Source of the DNA: a virus
Lineage: Duplodnaviria; Caudoviricetes
Reading direction: 5' to 3' (one strand)
Length of the DNA stretch: 64,000 nucleotides
Virus record (IMG/VR): IMGVR_UViG_3300000101_000005
Shown: positions 18,637 to 28,306 of the stretch, piece after piece
Numbering within the stretch: the stretch's first letter is position 1
Layout: each line of letters starts with the position of its first letter
Program-made: the position numbers and the translations under genes
Notes under the pieces: generated by a model
The model's input: the letters and a program-made list of their open reading frames with translations, nothing else
Database searches by the model: none
Told to the model about the DNA's origin: nothing

Positions 18637-20868
18637 ATGGCTTATGTAATTAACAAAACTGACGGGACTCAACTTGTAGTATTACAAGATGCAGCAGTTG
18701 ACTCGACCACTAGTTTATCTTTTGTTGGTAGAAATTATGTTGGCTACGGTGAAATTCAAAACGAAAACTTTTTATTCTTATTAGAAAATTTTGCAAACAT
18801 CTCTGCACCAATAACTCCTATTAAAGGTCAAGTTTGGTTTGACACAACATTAAGTATATTAAAAATCTATGATGGTGCAAATTGGGTAGAAACAGGCTCT
18901 GCAAACGTAAGTGCTACTGCTCCAGTGACACCAGCAATTGGAACGTTTTGGTTAAAGAACGCATCGTCCGCAGCAGCGCCAGCAGATCCTTCCTTACATG
19001 TTTTTGATGGAACTAATTGGATTAAGATTGGTCCTGAAACAGCAGACGGTTACTTGCCAACTAGAGCAACAACAACAACATTACTAGCAACTAACGGAAC
19101 AACATATCCAGTAATTGAACTTAAAGTAAATGGTATCACAATAGGTATTATTGCTTCGAATGCTTTTACAATTGATCCAACTAATCCAGTAAGTGGATTT
19201 TCAGATCTAGTTACAGGTATTAATTTAAATGCAATGGCAACAGTAAAAGGTTCGTTACAAGGTGTTGCAGATAAAGCAACAAGACTTGAATCACCTATAT
19301 TAGTTAACGGTGTTGCATTTGACGGATCAGCTAACCTTACAGTTACAGCACAAACACCTTACAGTTTAGTTGCAGGAAATTATATAACAGGAACAGACTT
19401 TGATGGTGGAAATGCTACTACATGGGCAGTTGATGCTACACATTTAAATCAAATAGGTAAAGTTGTTGCAAGAGATACAACAGGTAATTTTGTTGCAAAT
19501 GAAATCACTTCAGACTTAGTTGGTGATGTTACAGGTAACATTACAGGTACAACAGGTGCGTTTACAGGAACTGTAACAGCAGCAAACTTTATTGGTGCAA
19601 CATTAAGCGGAACAGCTTCCGCAGCACAAAGATTATTAAGTCCTAGAAATATTAACGGGGTTGGGTTTGATGGAACAGCAGACATTACAGTTACAGCAGA
19701 TGCTAACACACTAACAGGTACAAACTTACACAACACTGTTACTACATCAGCACTTACAAGTGTAGGAACACTTATATCACTAGGTGTTACAGGTAACATT
19801 ACAGTTGCTTCAAACTTAACTATTGATGGTACAATTAACGCTACAGAAATAAAAGCAGCTAATCAAATTAGTTTAGCAGCATCAGAAGGTGTAGATTATC
19901 AACTTGATTTATTTGGACCTACTAGATCTCCAAGTTCACAAGCAGGGCTTTTGCCAAGTGCAGATATAACAATTGACCTTGGTTCAGGATCATTAAGATA
20001 TAAGAATACATACTCACAAAATTTTTACGGTGACTTGACAGGTGCGGTTACAGGTAATGCTACAACAGCAACCACAGCAACTAACATTGCAGGTGGAGCA
20101 GGTGGAACAATGCCTTATCAAACTGCTTCAGGTTCAACAGCACACATTCCATCAGGTACAGCAGGTAAGTTCTTAAAGTCAACAGGACCTAGTCAGCCAG
20201 TATGGGATACAATAGCATTTTCAAACTTAACACCAGGAAACTACTTAACTGGTTTAGTTTATGACGGTATTACAAATACAACATTTAATGTTGATGCAAC
20301 TAACTTGCCTACAGCAAACAAAGTTGTTGCTAGAGATGCAAGTGGTAATTTCAGCGCAAATGTTATTCAAGCAGACCTAAATGGTACCGCAGCTTTTGCA
20401 ACCACAGCATCCACAGCAACTACGGCAGTTAATGCAACACAGGCTGCAAATGCTACTAATGCAGACAATGCATCGTACAGTGTAACTAGAGCAAATTCAG
20501 ATAGTTCAACTTATATTGCTACTACAGCGTTTGTACAAAATGTTGTTTCAAATGCAAATACAAGACAACTTGTTATTAGCTCACCGGCACCAAATACAAG
20601 TTCACCAGATGCACAGTATATTGATTTAATTGAAGCATATCTTCCTGCAAGTCAAGCAAGTGGACTGAACTTTGAATTGATAATTAATAACATATATGCA
20701 GGTTCAAGTTCTAGTTTTAGTGCTGGTAGATGGATTTTAGCGTACAGATGGGCTACTGCTAGTGTTAGTACTTCAACTACACTTTATAATAGTAATACTG
20801 GTTACAAGTTGACTTATAACTCAAACGGTAGTAATTGGAGTTACACTGGTACTTGGTCATATGTATAA
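18637..20868 (+). CDS. Tail fibre protein (paralog family), Thr/Ala/Gly-rich shaft
   Basis: Same N-terminal module. Repeated INGVxFDGxAxITV and VVARDxxGNFxAN motifs are typical of phage fibre shafts. Confidence 0.75.
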   Translation: MAYVINKTDGTQLVVLQDAAVDSTTSLSFVGRNYVGYGEIQNENFLFLLENFANISAPITPIKGQVWFDTTLSILKIYDGANWVETGSANVSATAPVTPAIGTFWLKNASSAAAPADPSLHVFDGTNWIKIGPETADGYLPTRATTTTLLATNGTTYPVIELKVNGITIGIIASNAFTIDPTNPVSGFSDLVTGINLNAMATVKGSLQGVADKATRLESPILVNGVAFDGSANLTVTAQTPYSLVAGNYITGTDFDGGNATTWAVDATHLNQIGKVVARDTTGNFVANEITSDLVGDVTGNITGTTGAFTGTVTAANFIGATLSGTASAAQRLLSPRNINGVGFDGTADITVTADANTLTGTNLHNTVTTSALTSVGTLISLGVTGNITVASNLTIDGTINATEIKAANQISLAASEGVDYQLDLFGPTRSPSSQAGLLPSADITIDLGSGSLRYKNTYSQNFYGDLTGAVTGNATTATTATNIAGGAGGTMPYQTASGSTAHIPSGTAGKFLKSTGPSQPVWDTIAFSNLTPGNYLTGLVYDGITNTTFNVDATNLPTANKVVARDASGNFSANVIQADLNGTAAFATTASTATTAVNATQAANATNADNASYSVTRANSDSSTYIATTAFVQNVVSNANTRQLVISSPAPNTSSPDAQYIDLIEAYLPASQASGLNFELIINNIYAGSSSSFSAGRWILAYRWATASVSTSTTLYNSNTGYKLTYNSNGSNWSYTGTWSYV

Positions 20869-21362
20869 TGACAGTAAAGTTAGTATCGGACTATTGTAAG
20901 AATGTTGATGAGATAGTAAAGTTAGTAGAGGCAAACGAAGACAGTTTTTTTATTAGGCAGCCAGGAGAAGAATTTAATTTTGTAACTGCCTATGGTGAAA
21001 GTAAGTTAAAAAGTATGTTCCGTTGGAACATGCCAAAAGAATTAAAGGAGTTGATTACAGAATCAATTCCAGAAGAAGATAGAACTTGTGATAGTTTTTG
21101 TATTAACAAATATGATCCAGGTGATTATCTTAAAAGGCATAGAGATAGTGCAGGCGGGTATTGGAAGTTTAAACTAATATTTTTAAGAGCTGATGCTCCG
21201 CACTTTTGTTGGTACGATGAACAAGGCAAAGGAAATTTAGTAGACGAAGGACCTGGTATGTTAATAGATATGCCTGTGAATTTAGAACACGAAGTAACAG
21301 AAATTAAACAAAATGAAAGACCAAAAATAAGTCTTGCATTAAGTTGGGGAAGAACTAGATGA
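20868..21362 (+). CDS. 2OG-Fe(II) oxygenase-like protein
   Basis: INKYDPGDYLKRHRD (HxD) ... LEHEVT ... RPKISL gives an HxD...H...R facial-triad pattern. ATG at 20868 overlaps the fibre gene stop (TAATG). Confidence 0.65.
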   Translation: MTVKLVSDYCKNVDEIVKLVEANEDSFFIRQPGEEFNFVTAYGESKLKSMFRWNMPKELKELITESIPEEDRTCDSFCINKYDPGDYLKRHRDSAGGYWKFKLIFLRADAPHFCWYDEQGKGNLVDEGPGMLIDMPVNLEHEVTEIKQNERPKISLALSWGRTR

Positions 21363-21799
21363 AAAACATTATTATTTTTAGTACTGATAGATCAAAGGTG
21401 ATATCGTCTCAGGACTATAATAGCGAGTTTGCTGAAAGACTTACCGCGCAAGGCGTACCTCACAAAGTTATTGATTTAGATGACGCAAATGAATATTGGT
21501 GGGGAGATTATGCTAGTGGCGAAGTAAGATCTCTTAATGATATACCGTTAATTGAAGAAGTAGCGATTGACGAAGTAGTTAACAAGCAGATTCTTGTTAA
21601 GTATCCTGTACACAAGCAACTTAATATTATTGCAGAATGCTTAGAAAATGCTGGAATTCCGCTTACAGATGACTTTATTGCTATGCGTAACTACGTTAAG
21701 CAGAAAGTTGATAACCACAATACTGCTGTTCAAACGTACAAAGATCAACCAGGTGTATACAGTTTTTACCCTAAGCCGTTACCACCAGAAGACGAGTGA
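21359..21799 (+). CDS. Hypothetical protein, possibly a tail-fibre assembly/chaperone
   Basis: 146 aa, translationally coupled (ATGA). The KYPVHKQLNII segment and position resemble fibre assembly proteins; weak call. Confidence 0.4.
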   Translation: MKNIIIFSTDRSKVISSQDYNSEFAERLTAQGVPHKVIDLDDANEYWWGDYASGEVRSLNDIPLIEEVAIDEVVNKQILVKYPVHKQLNIIAECLENAGIPLTDDFIAMRNYVKQKVDNHNTAVQTYKDQPGVYSFYPKPLPPEDE

Positions 21800-21805
21800 A
21801 GGTAG

Positions 21806-21812
21806 ATAAATA
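21806..21812 (+). promoter_or_regulatory. T4-like late promoter motif ATAAATA
   Basis: Intergenic GATAAATAC, followed by an AGGAAG ribosome-binding site and ATG 21840. Confidence 0.6.
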
Positions 21813-21839
21813 CAACAGTAAACTAGGAAGAAAACACAC

Positions 21840-23603
21840 ATGGCATATCAAGTAGATAAATTTAACGGAACATTTTTAACGTCAGTAGAAGACGGAACTA
21901 TTGATACCACTACGGATATACGTTTCGTTGGTAAAAACTACGCAGGATACGGTGAAGTACAGAACGAAAACTTCTTACATTTACTAGAAAACTTTGCGAA
22001 TACTACTGCACCACCAAAAGCAGTCACTGGTCAAGTTTGGTTTGACAGTGCTAATAAGAAAATTAAGTTTTATGACGGCACACAATGGAAAACTACCAAC
22101 GGTGCTGAAGTAGCATCAGTTGCTCCTTCAGGATTAGGAGTAGGAGAATTTTGGTGGGATACATCAGCAAAACAATTATATGCATGGTCAGGCGGAGAGT
22201 TTGTCTTAGTAGGACCAGAAGCATCACCAGATCTTGGTGCTAGTGGAGCAGTTGCACAAGTTGTTAAAGACACAGGTAACACAAACCATTCAATTTTAAA
22301 AATTAATGCAGGTGGTAAAACAGTTGCAATTATTTCACAAACAGAATTTACACTAAACAGTTCACTTAACCCTATTGACGACTTTACGTTAGTTAAAAAG
22401 GGTATTACAATGGCTAAAGCCGATGCTAATGGTGTTACATCAGATAGTTATGTATACTGGGGAACATCATCTAACTCATTAAAGCTAGGCGGCATTGCTG
22501 CTGATCAATACTTACAAAAAGGAAGTATTACCTTCAACCAGGAAATTAACTTCCAAGATTCAGGTTATAAAGTAGGTGACCAAAGCGATTTTAGATTAAG
22601 AGTTGAAAACGATGACGAAATTGTTTTTGAAAGTGTTCTTGGTAACCCTATTAACTTTATTATTAATGACGGCGGATCAACAAGAAAGAATGTATTAGAT
22701 ATTACAGCAGCTGGAGTAGTTCCAGGTATTGACAGTTCGTTTACATTAGGCACAGCAACACTTGCTTGGTCAGAAGTACATGCTGATGCAATTACAGGGC
22801 CGTTAACAGGTAACGTAACAGGTAACGTAACAGGTAATACAAAAGGTAGCTTACTTGCTAACGATTCAACTGTTATGATTGACGGTGCTACTAAAAACAT
22901 TGGTTATGTAGGCGCAAATATTTACGGTACATTGTTTGGATCAGTTCAAGGTAACTTGACTGGTACAGCATCAGATGCAAGTGCATTGAATGGTATTACA
23001 CCATCTGTATCAGTTCCTGCTTCAGGAAACAGTATTGTTGTTAGAGATTCGTCAGGTGTAATTTTTGCTAATACATTTAACGGTACAGCAACGTTTGCAG
23101 ATAGAATTAAAATTGACGATACTGCAACAGACAGTGATCCTAATTATAAGACTGCTAAAACAACAGCATCAGCAAGTTCAATTGCTGCAAGAAATTCAAG
23201 CGGTGACTTAATTGCTAACTTATTCCAAGGTACAGCAACCGCAGCTAGATATGCTGACTTAGCAGAGAAATATTTAGCAGACAAAGAATATGAAGCTGGT
23301 ACAGTTGTATCAGTTGGCGGAAACGCAGAAGTTACTGCATGTAGTGAGGGCGATAGAGCGTTAGGTGTTGTTTCAGCACAACCTGCGTTTATGATGAATT
23401 CATGGTTAGAAGATGGAACATACATTGCACTTAAAGGTCGTGTACCAGTTAAAGTTATCGGCAGTATTGCTAAAGGAGATAGATTAGTTGCTGCTGCGGA
23501 AGGTTACGCTACAAAAGCTGACAGCCATGCAGACGTATTTGCAATTGCAATAGAAAGCAATTCAAACTCAGGAACAAAAATTATTGAAGCGGTAGTACTA
23601 TAA
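21840..23603 (+). CDS. Tail fibre protein (paralog family) with C-terminal intramolecular-chaperone-like (peptidase G2 type) domain
   Basis: Shared N-terminal module. The C-terminus ARYADLAEKY...GTVV...GVVSAQPAFMMN...IALKGRVPVKVIGSIAKGDRLV matches my recollection of autoproteolytic chaperone domains of phage fibres. Confidence 0.65.
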   Translation: MAYQVDKFNGTFLTSVEDGTIDTTTDIRFVGKNYAGYGEVQNENFLHLLENFANTTAPPKAVTGQVWFDSANKKIKFYDGTQWKTTNGAEVASVAPSGLGVGEFWWDTSAKQLYAWSGGEFVLVGPEASPDLGASGAVAQVVKDTGNTNHSILKINAGGKTVAIISQTEFTLNSSLNPIDDFTLVKKGITMAKADANGVTSDSYVYWGTSSNSLKLGGIAADQYLQKGSITFNQEINFQDSGYKVGDQSDFRLRVENDDEIVFESVLGNPINFIINDGGSTRKNVLDITAAGVVPGIDSSFTLGTATLAWSEVHADAITGPLTGNVTGNVTGNTKGSLLANDSTVMIDGATKNIGYVGANIYGTLFGSVQGNLTGTASDASALNGITPSVSVPASGNSIVVRDSSGVIFANTFNGTATFADRIKIDDTATDSDPNYKTAKTTASASSIAARNSSGDLIANLFQGTATAARYADLAEKYLADKEYEAGTVVSVGGNAEVTACSEGDRALGVVSAQPAFMMNSWLEDGTYIALKGRVPVKVIGSIAKGDRLVAAAEGYATKADSHADVFAIAIESNSNSGTKIIEAVVL

Positions 23604-24505
23604 TGGTAACAACAGGCACACAGATCCTATCAACAGACCTCAACAGCCTGAGAAACAAAATTTCTGACGTTATGGGTACCGGTGTTGGTACATTTGGATA
23701 TGGACAATCAGTTAACAGTTCAACAGTCATTGCTGGTCAAACAGTATTAAAGTCACACTTTGATGCAATTCGGTTTGACATTGTAAATGCTTATTTTCAT
23801 CAAAACGGAGTAGTACCAACAGCAACTATTGCTTCTATTGGAGATCCTATTACAGCATCATCAAGTGATCCTTTTAACGGATATAACACACTTGCTGACG
23901 AATGTAGAAATGAAAGATTTGATTGCGATGCCGGCTTACTAACAGCGGCAGTTAAAGATACAAAAAGCTATACATCTGCATGGGGTACAAGTGCAGAATA
24001 TGTAATAACTGTAACATTTAGTAATGCTAATGAAGCAAGATATTTTTGGAACTCTGGAAGTAGACTAAGATTTACTACAGGAAGAGGATTAGGATCAGCA
24101 ACAGCACAAAACGGTGCATGGACTAGTTTACTTTCAACTGTGGGTAGACAAGTAATCGGCGGAAGATTACCAGACGGGCTGAATAATATATACATGCTTA
24201 CAAATGTATACCAAGATTTATATAATTTATCTGCTAGTACGCCATATTCAGCAAACAATTACAAGATTCAAGGCAAGTGTGATGTGGCAAGTAACTCCGC
24301 AGGAACAGCCGCAGTATTTAACTTTAAGGTTTTATTGACTGACAGTTACGTTGATCCAGGTGCACCAGCGCCAGGCGATCAAGTTGACGGCACACTTAGT
24401 ATTGATGTAGAAGAATTAAAAGCTACAGGAACATTACAACCAAGTGGTGCTGCATTTTCTATTACGAGTCCATCGTATTCTGGAACCAGCATTAGTGCAA
24501 CATAG
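23603..24505 (+). CDS. Virion structural protein (paralog A)
   Basis: Ser/Thr/Gly-rich 300 aa. Shares ARYFWNSG, AQNGAWTSLL and PYSANNYKI with the next gene. Confidence 0.55.
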   Translation: MVTTGTQILSTDLNSLRNKISDVMGTGVGTFGYGQSVNSSTVIAGQTVLKSHFDAIRFDIVNAYFHQNGVVPTATIASIGDPITASSSDPFNGYNTLADECRNERFDCDAGLLTAAVKDTKSYTSAWGTSAEYVITVTFSNANEARYFWNSGSRLRFTTGRGLGSATAQNGAWTSLLSTVGRQVIGGRLPDGLNNIYMLTNVYQDLYNLSASTPYSANNYKIQGKCDVASNSAGTAAVFNFKVLLTDSYVDPGAPAPGDQVDGTLSIDVEELKATGTLQPSGAAFSITSPSYSGTSISAT

Positions 24506-24518
24506 ACACTTGTTGTAG

Positions 24519-24524
24519 TAAATA
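24519..24524 (+). promoter_or_regulatory. T4-like late promoter motif TAAATA
   Basis: Intergenic GTAAATAC upstream of an AAGGA ribosome-binding site and ATG 24544. Confidence 0.5.
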
Positions 24525-24543
24525 CTGCTGTTAAGGATATTAT

Positions 24544-25572
24544 ATGACGACCGTACACGCAACAATTAGTAGAAACGACTACAATGCATTATACACTCGC
24601 CTTGAGCAAGTGATGGGCCCTGCTGACGGCACAGTATTATATGGTTGGGGCCAAACAATGAATGCAGCAGGAGTTTCAGAAGGTCAAAAAGTGTCTGTAG
24701 AAGAATACGGTAGGTTAATTACAGACATGTATAATGCTTACAGGCATATATATGGTTCAAATCCTCCTACTAATTGGGGAAGTTGGCCTAATAACATTAG
24801 TGCTTCTCAAAAAATTAAAGCAAATACTCTTACTAATGACGGAACATACAATACACAGCCTTATAGAAGATGGAATGATTTAATTATTGCACTAGAGGCT
24901 GCAAAATATACCATACCACCTGCAGCGGTAGCATCATCTACAACACATAGTAATGCAGTATCGCCAACAGGTACATGGTCGACTTCTGCTCAAGTATTAG
25001 TTACTTTTACATGGTCATCAGCATTAGCCGCTAGACACTTTTTTAATAGTGGTGGACAAATTCAACTTACAAGTAGTTTCAGCAGTATTAGTGGTTCAGC
25101 CCAAGACGCTTCTTGGAGAAGTTTACTGCAAACAGCAAGTACACAGACATTTGGAGGACAACAACCAGCAGCAGGTGTTAATCCTAATGACAATGGAAAC
25201 TTTTATAGATGTACAAACGTTTATAGCACACCTTGGTATACAGCTATTGCTAGTAGTCCTTACAATGCAAACTATTATAGATTATATGCAAGAACACCTG
25301 GGGTATTAGATAACTCAAGTGGTAGTGCATATCAACTAGAAATGTCAGCAGTTTACAATGACGATCACGTTGGATTAGGCGGACCGTCAACATCAGGTAC
25401 TCCGCAACAAGGACCAGGTACTTATGGACCTGATACAGTAGGTCCCGGTTCACTTTATCTTCAAACTGTTACCAGAAAAGCAGTCGGTACCATCAATCTT
25501 TACCCCACAGGATCACAAGCATTCAATATTGAAACGCCATCGGTAACACCAGGCGGATTCGTACTCAATTAA
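24544..25572 (+). CDS. Virion structural protein (paralog B)
   Basis: Shares ARHFFNSGG, AQDASWRSLL and PYNANYYRL with the preceding gene. Confidence 0.55.
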   Translation: MTTVHATISRNDYNALYTRLEQVMGPADGTVLYGWGQTMNAAGVSEGQKVSVEEYGRLITDMYNAYRHIYGSNPPTNWGSWPNNISASQKIKANTLTNDGTYNTQPYRRWNDLIIALEAAKYTIPPAAVASSTTHSNAVSPTGTWSTSAQVLVTFTWSSALAARHFFNSGGQIQLTSSFSSISGSAQDASWRSLLQTASTQTFGGQQPAAGVNPNDNGNFYRCTNVYSTPWYTAIASSPYNANYYRLYARTPGVLDNSSGSAYQLEMSAVYNDDHVGLGGPSTSGTPQQGPGTYGPDTVGPGSLYLQTVTRKAVGTINLYPTGSQAFNIETPSVTPGGFVLN

Positions 25573-25595
25573 TTTCATAGCCCCCAGTACAGCGC

Positions 25596-25602
25596 ATAAA
25601 TA
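25596..25602 (+). promoter_or_regulatory. T4-like late promoter motif ATAAATA heading the glycosyltransferase block
   Basis: Intergenic CATAAATAT, then a GGAGG ribosome-binding site and ATG 25632. Confidence 0.6.
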
Positions 25603-25631
25603 TTAAGTGCTACTATAACTGTGGAGGACAT

Positions 25632-25982
25632 ATGGAAGAACAACTAAAAAAAGCCTTGGATTTTAGCAAGTACAGAGAAACTTTTGCTGTACAGCGTAAA
25701 ACTTTAAAGGAAAAAATTGATGCTAGATTAACATACGGTGTTAATGGCGGCATATTTAAGATCAATAGAGAACTAATTAACTTCGTTCAAATGCTACTTT
25801 CAGTAGATAGAACCGAAGGAGTAGTATTACTTGATGTTAATGATAATCCTATATTGATTGAAAATCTTGCAGATTTTAAAGATATCATACTTGATAGATA
25901 CACAACATCAACATTAGAATATTACGAAGAATACCAGAAGCTCAAAAAGAGCAGATCCGTAGAAAAACTTATAGAAGTATAA
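25632..25982 (+). CDS. Hypothetical protein
   Basis: 116 aa with a strong GGAGG ribosome-binding site; no recognisable motif. Confidence 0.6.
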   Translation: MEEQLKKALDFSKYRETFAVQRKTLKEKIDARLTYGVNGGIFKINRELINFVQMLLSVDRTEGVVLLDVNDNPILIENLADFKDIILDRYTTSTLEYYEEYQKLKKSRSVEKLIEV

Positions 25983-25983
25983 T

Positions 25984-26832
25984 ATGGATAAAGGAATCGT
26001 AATATTTGCACATAACAGTCGAAGTTTAGACTATTCTAAACTAGCATTGGTCGCAGGCGGCCTTGCTAAAAAGCATCTCGGCTATCCAGTTTCATTAATC
26101 ACAGATAAGTCAACTGTTGATTATATGGAAGAAATAGGTACTGCAGATAAAGCAAAAGAAATCTTTGACAGCCTTATTTTTGTAGAGCGTCCTCCAACAC
26201 AGCAATACAGAAATCTTCATGATGGAAATGATTTTGAAGCAGTACCTTTCGATAATTCAAACAGACCAAATGTTTGGGATATTACACCTTATGAAAGAAC
26301 ATTATTGTTAGATTGTGACTATCTAACATTTTCAGATACTTTAAACAGTTATTGGGATGTCGAACAAGACTTCTTAATCTCACATGAGTATAATGATATT
26401 ATGGGAACACGAGCAGGTTACCATGACAAGTATGTTTCGGATACTGGCGTTAAATTGCTTTGGGCTACAACAGTTATGTTTACCAAGAACGATCAAACAA
26501 AAGTACTTTTTGATTTAGTACAATACATACAAAAAAATTACAAGTTCTTTGCAGACACATACCGTTTTGATCCTAGACTATATAGGAACGATATTAGTTT
26601 TGCAATAGCTAATCATATACTAAATGGATTTCAAGAAGCAGGTACAGAATATAAATTACCGTCAGTGTTTTCTACAATAGATAGAGATATGTTAGTTGAT
26701 GTAAAAGGTAACACATTACAATTTTTATTAACCAATGAAGAACTAGTTGCTTCGTCATCAGGTAAAGATGTTCATGTAATGAATAAAAAAAGCATTGAAA
26801 GAAACTTTGACAAACTAATGGAGTTGATATGA
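25984..26832 (+). CDS. GT-A fold glycosyltransferase-like protein (GT8-like)
   Basis: TPYERTLLLDCDY (DxD), LWATTVMFTK, RNDISFAIA and VHVMNK fit a GT8-like layout. Confidence 0.6.
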   Translation: MDKGIVIFAHNSRSLDYSKLALVAGGLAKKHLGYPVSLITDKSTVDYMEEIGTADKAKEIFDSLIFVERPPTQQYRNLHDGNDFEAVPFDNSNRPNVWDITPYERTLLLDCDYLTFSDTLNSYWDVEQDFLISHEYNDIMGTRAGYHDKYVSDTGVKLLWATTVMFTKNDQTKVLFDLVQYIQKNYKFFADTYRFDPRLYRNDISFAIANHILNGFQEAGTEYKLPSVFSTIDRDMLVDVKGNTLQFLLTNEELVASSSGKDVHVMNKKSIERNFDKLMELI

Positions 26833-27668
26833 ACTTTGGATATCTAATTGTTGTTGCAACTTCTGAAGAATACAATTATGCACAAATGGCATATGCTCTT
26901 GCATTAAGTATTAAGAATACACAAAAAGAAGGTTACGATAAAGTTGCATTAGTAATTGATGATAAAACTCAAATAGAAAATTTTGAATCTACTTGGGTCT
27001 TTGATGAGATTATTGAATGGGACAAGAAAGGTTTTTGGGACGGCCGTTCTTATATGGACGAGCTAACACCGTGGGAACACACTGTATGTTTAGATGCAGA
27101 CATGTTGTTCTTTAGAGATTACAGTCATTGGATTGATTATTTTGTTGCAAATTCTGAACTGTATGTTGCTAACAAAGCATACACATATAGAGGAGAAGTA
27201 GTAACTAATGATTTTTATAGAAGAACATTTACTAAAAATGAATTACCAAACTTATATTCATTCTTTACATTCTTTAAAAAAGATAGTAAACTAGCAAATG
27301 ACTTCTTTAATTTACAGCGTTCTATAATGGACAATCCAAATGAATACACTAATTTGTTTTTAACAAAGCATACACCTAAAGTTATAGGAACTGATGAAGC
27401 ATTTGCAATAGCAGCAAAGATATTAGATATCACAGACGATATTGCATACCCGTTAGGATTTCCAAGAGTTGTACATATGAAAGGCGGTGTACAAAATTGG
27501 CCATGGCATGCTGATAAGTTTTCAGATCATGTAGGATATTACTTAAATGATAAAGGCAAATTAAAAATAGGTAGTTATCAACAAAACGACATTGTACATT
27601 ATGTTGAAAAAGATAAAATGAATTTAGAAACAATTAATGTACTGGAGGAAATAGCATGGAAGAAGTAG
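26829..27668 (+). CDS. GT-A fold glycosyltransferase-like protein (GT8-like), paralog
   Basis: TPWEHTVCLDADMLF (DxD), NLYSFFTFFKK, GTDEAFAIA and VVHMKG parallel the previous gene. Confidence 0.6.
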   Translation: MNFGYLIVVATSEEYNYAQMAYALALSIKNTQKEGYDKVALVIDDKTQIENFESTWVFDEIIEWDKKGFWDGRSYMDELTPWEHTVCLDADMLFFRDYSHWIDYFVANSELYVANKAYTYRGEVVTNDFYRRTFTKNELPNLYSFFTFFKKDSKLANDFFNLQRSIMDNPNEYTNLFLTKHTPKVIGTDEAFAIAAKILDITDDIAYPLGFPRVVHMKGGVQNWPWHADKFSDHVGYYLNDKGKLKIGSYQQNDIVHYVEKDKMNLETINVLEEIAWKK

Positions 27669-28306
27669 AAGAATTTATGCCCGACTTTGACGAGTGGCTT
27701 AAAAATTATGAAGAACCAGCACGTAGATTTGGTACAGCATTTGACCCAGATACAGGACAACTAATTTCAGTAGGTCCGTATTCGGCAATAGAAATGGATT
27801 ATAGCAAAAACGTTGTTGAGATTGACGAAGATCTTGCTATCAAAATTATTGACGGCGACATCCATATTAGTAAATGCTTTTTTGATACTCGTGAAGGTAA
27901 GTTTGAAATCACAGAAGAAAAAGTATTATCAAAAATTGATGACGTACTACATAGAATTATTGATAAGCGTTACTTAGATGAAGAAATAAAACCAGACATC
28001 TATCTTACATATAACTTAGCTGCCAGTAAACTTACAGTAGAACTAAGTGAAGAGTATGGTGGTACAAGAGTTTTAGAAAAACAGTGGCAACCAGCAACAC
28101 CAAGAAATGTATTTTGGGGAGGTGAAACAACTTTATCTTTTACAGTTGCTGATTATAATGATCCACACTTTCCGCAAAAAACTTTTGATGTTACACTTGA
28201 AGAGTTAGAAGGTAAGTCTGTAACAATTGACGATGTAGACATTACAGGAAAGTTTAGTGTGTTTACTCGTAGACTGTTTAAAAACTATGTACTAGAGGAG
28301 ATTTAA
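27656..28306 (+). CDS. Hypothetical protein
   Basis: 216 aa acidic protein, coupled within the operon; no motif recognised. Confidence 0.55.
   Translation: MEEVEEFMPDFDEWLKNYEEPARRFGTAFDPDTGQLISVGPYSAIEMDYSKNVVEIDEDLAIKIIDGDIHISKCFFDTREGKFEITEEKVLSKIDDVLHRIIDKRYLDEEIKPDIYLTYNLAASKLTVELSEEYGGTRVLEKQWQPATPRNVFWGGETTLSFTVADYNDPHFPQKTFDVTLEELEGKSVTIDDVDITGKFSVFTRRLFKNYVLEEI

Noticed and set aside
22804-22837. 12-bp tandem repeat (TAACAGGTAACG, about 2.8 copies)
   Set aside because: It simply encodes the common TGNV fibre-shaft repeat; there is no sign of a diversity-generating role.
24511-24530. Small hairpins overlapping late-promoter motifs (GTAGT-AAAT-ACTGC; also AATAGT-AATA-ACTATT at 36648-36663)
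   Set aside because: Stems of 5-6 bp in AT-rich DNA are expected by chance.
14592-25572. Diversity-generating retroelement or invertible tail-fibre switch
   Set aside because: No reverse transcriptase, template/variable repeat pair, invertase or inverted crossover sites were seen. The paralogs are diverged at the DNA level.
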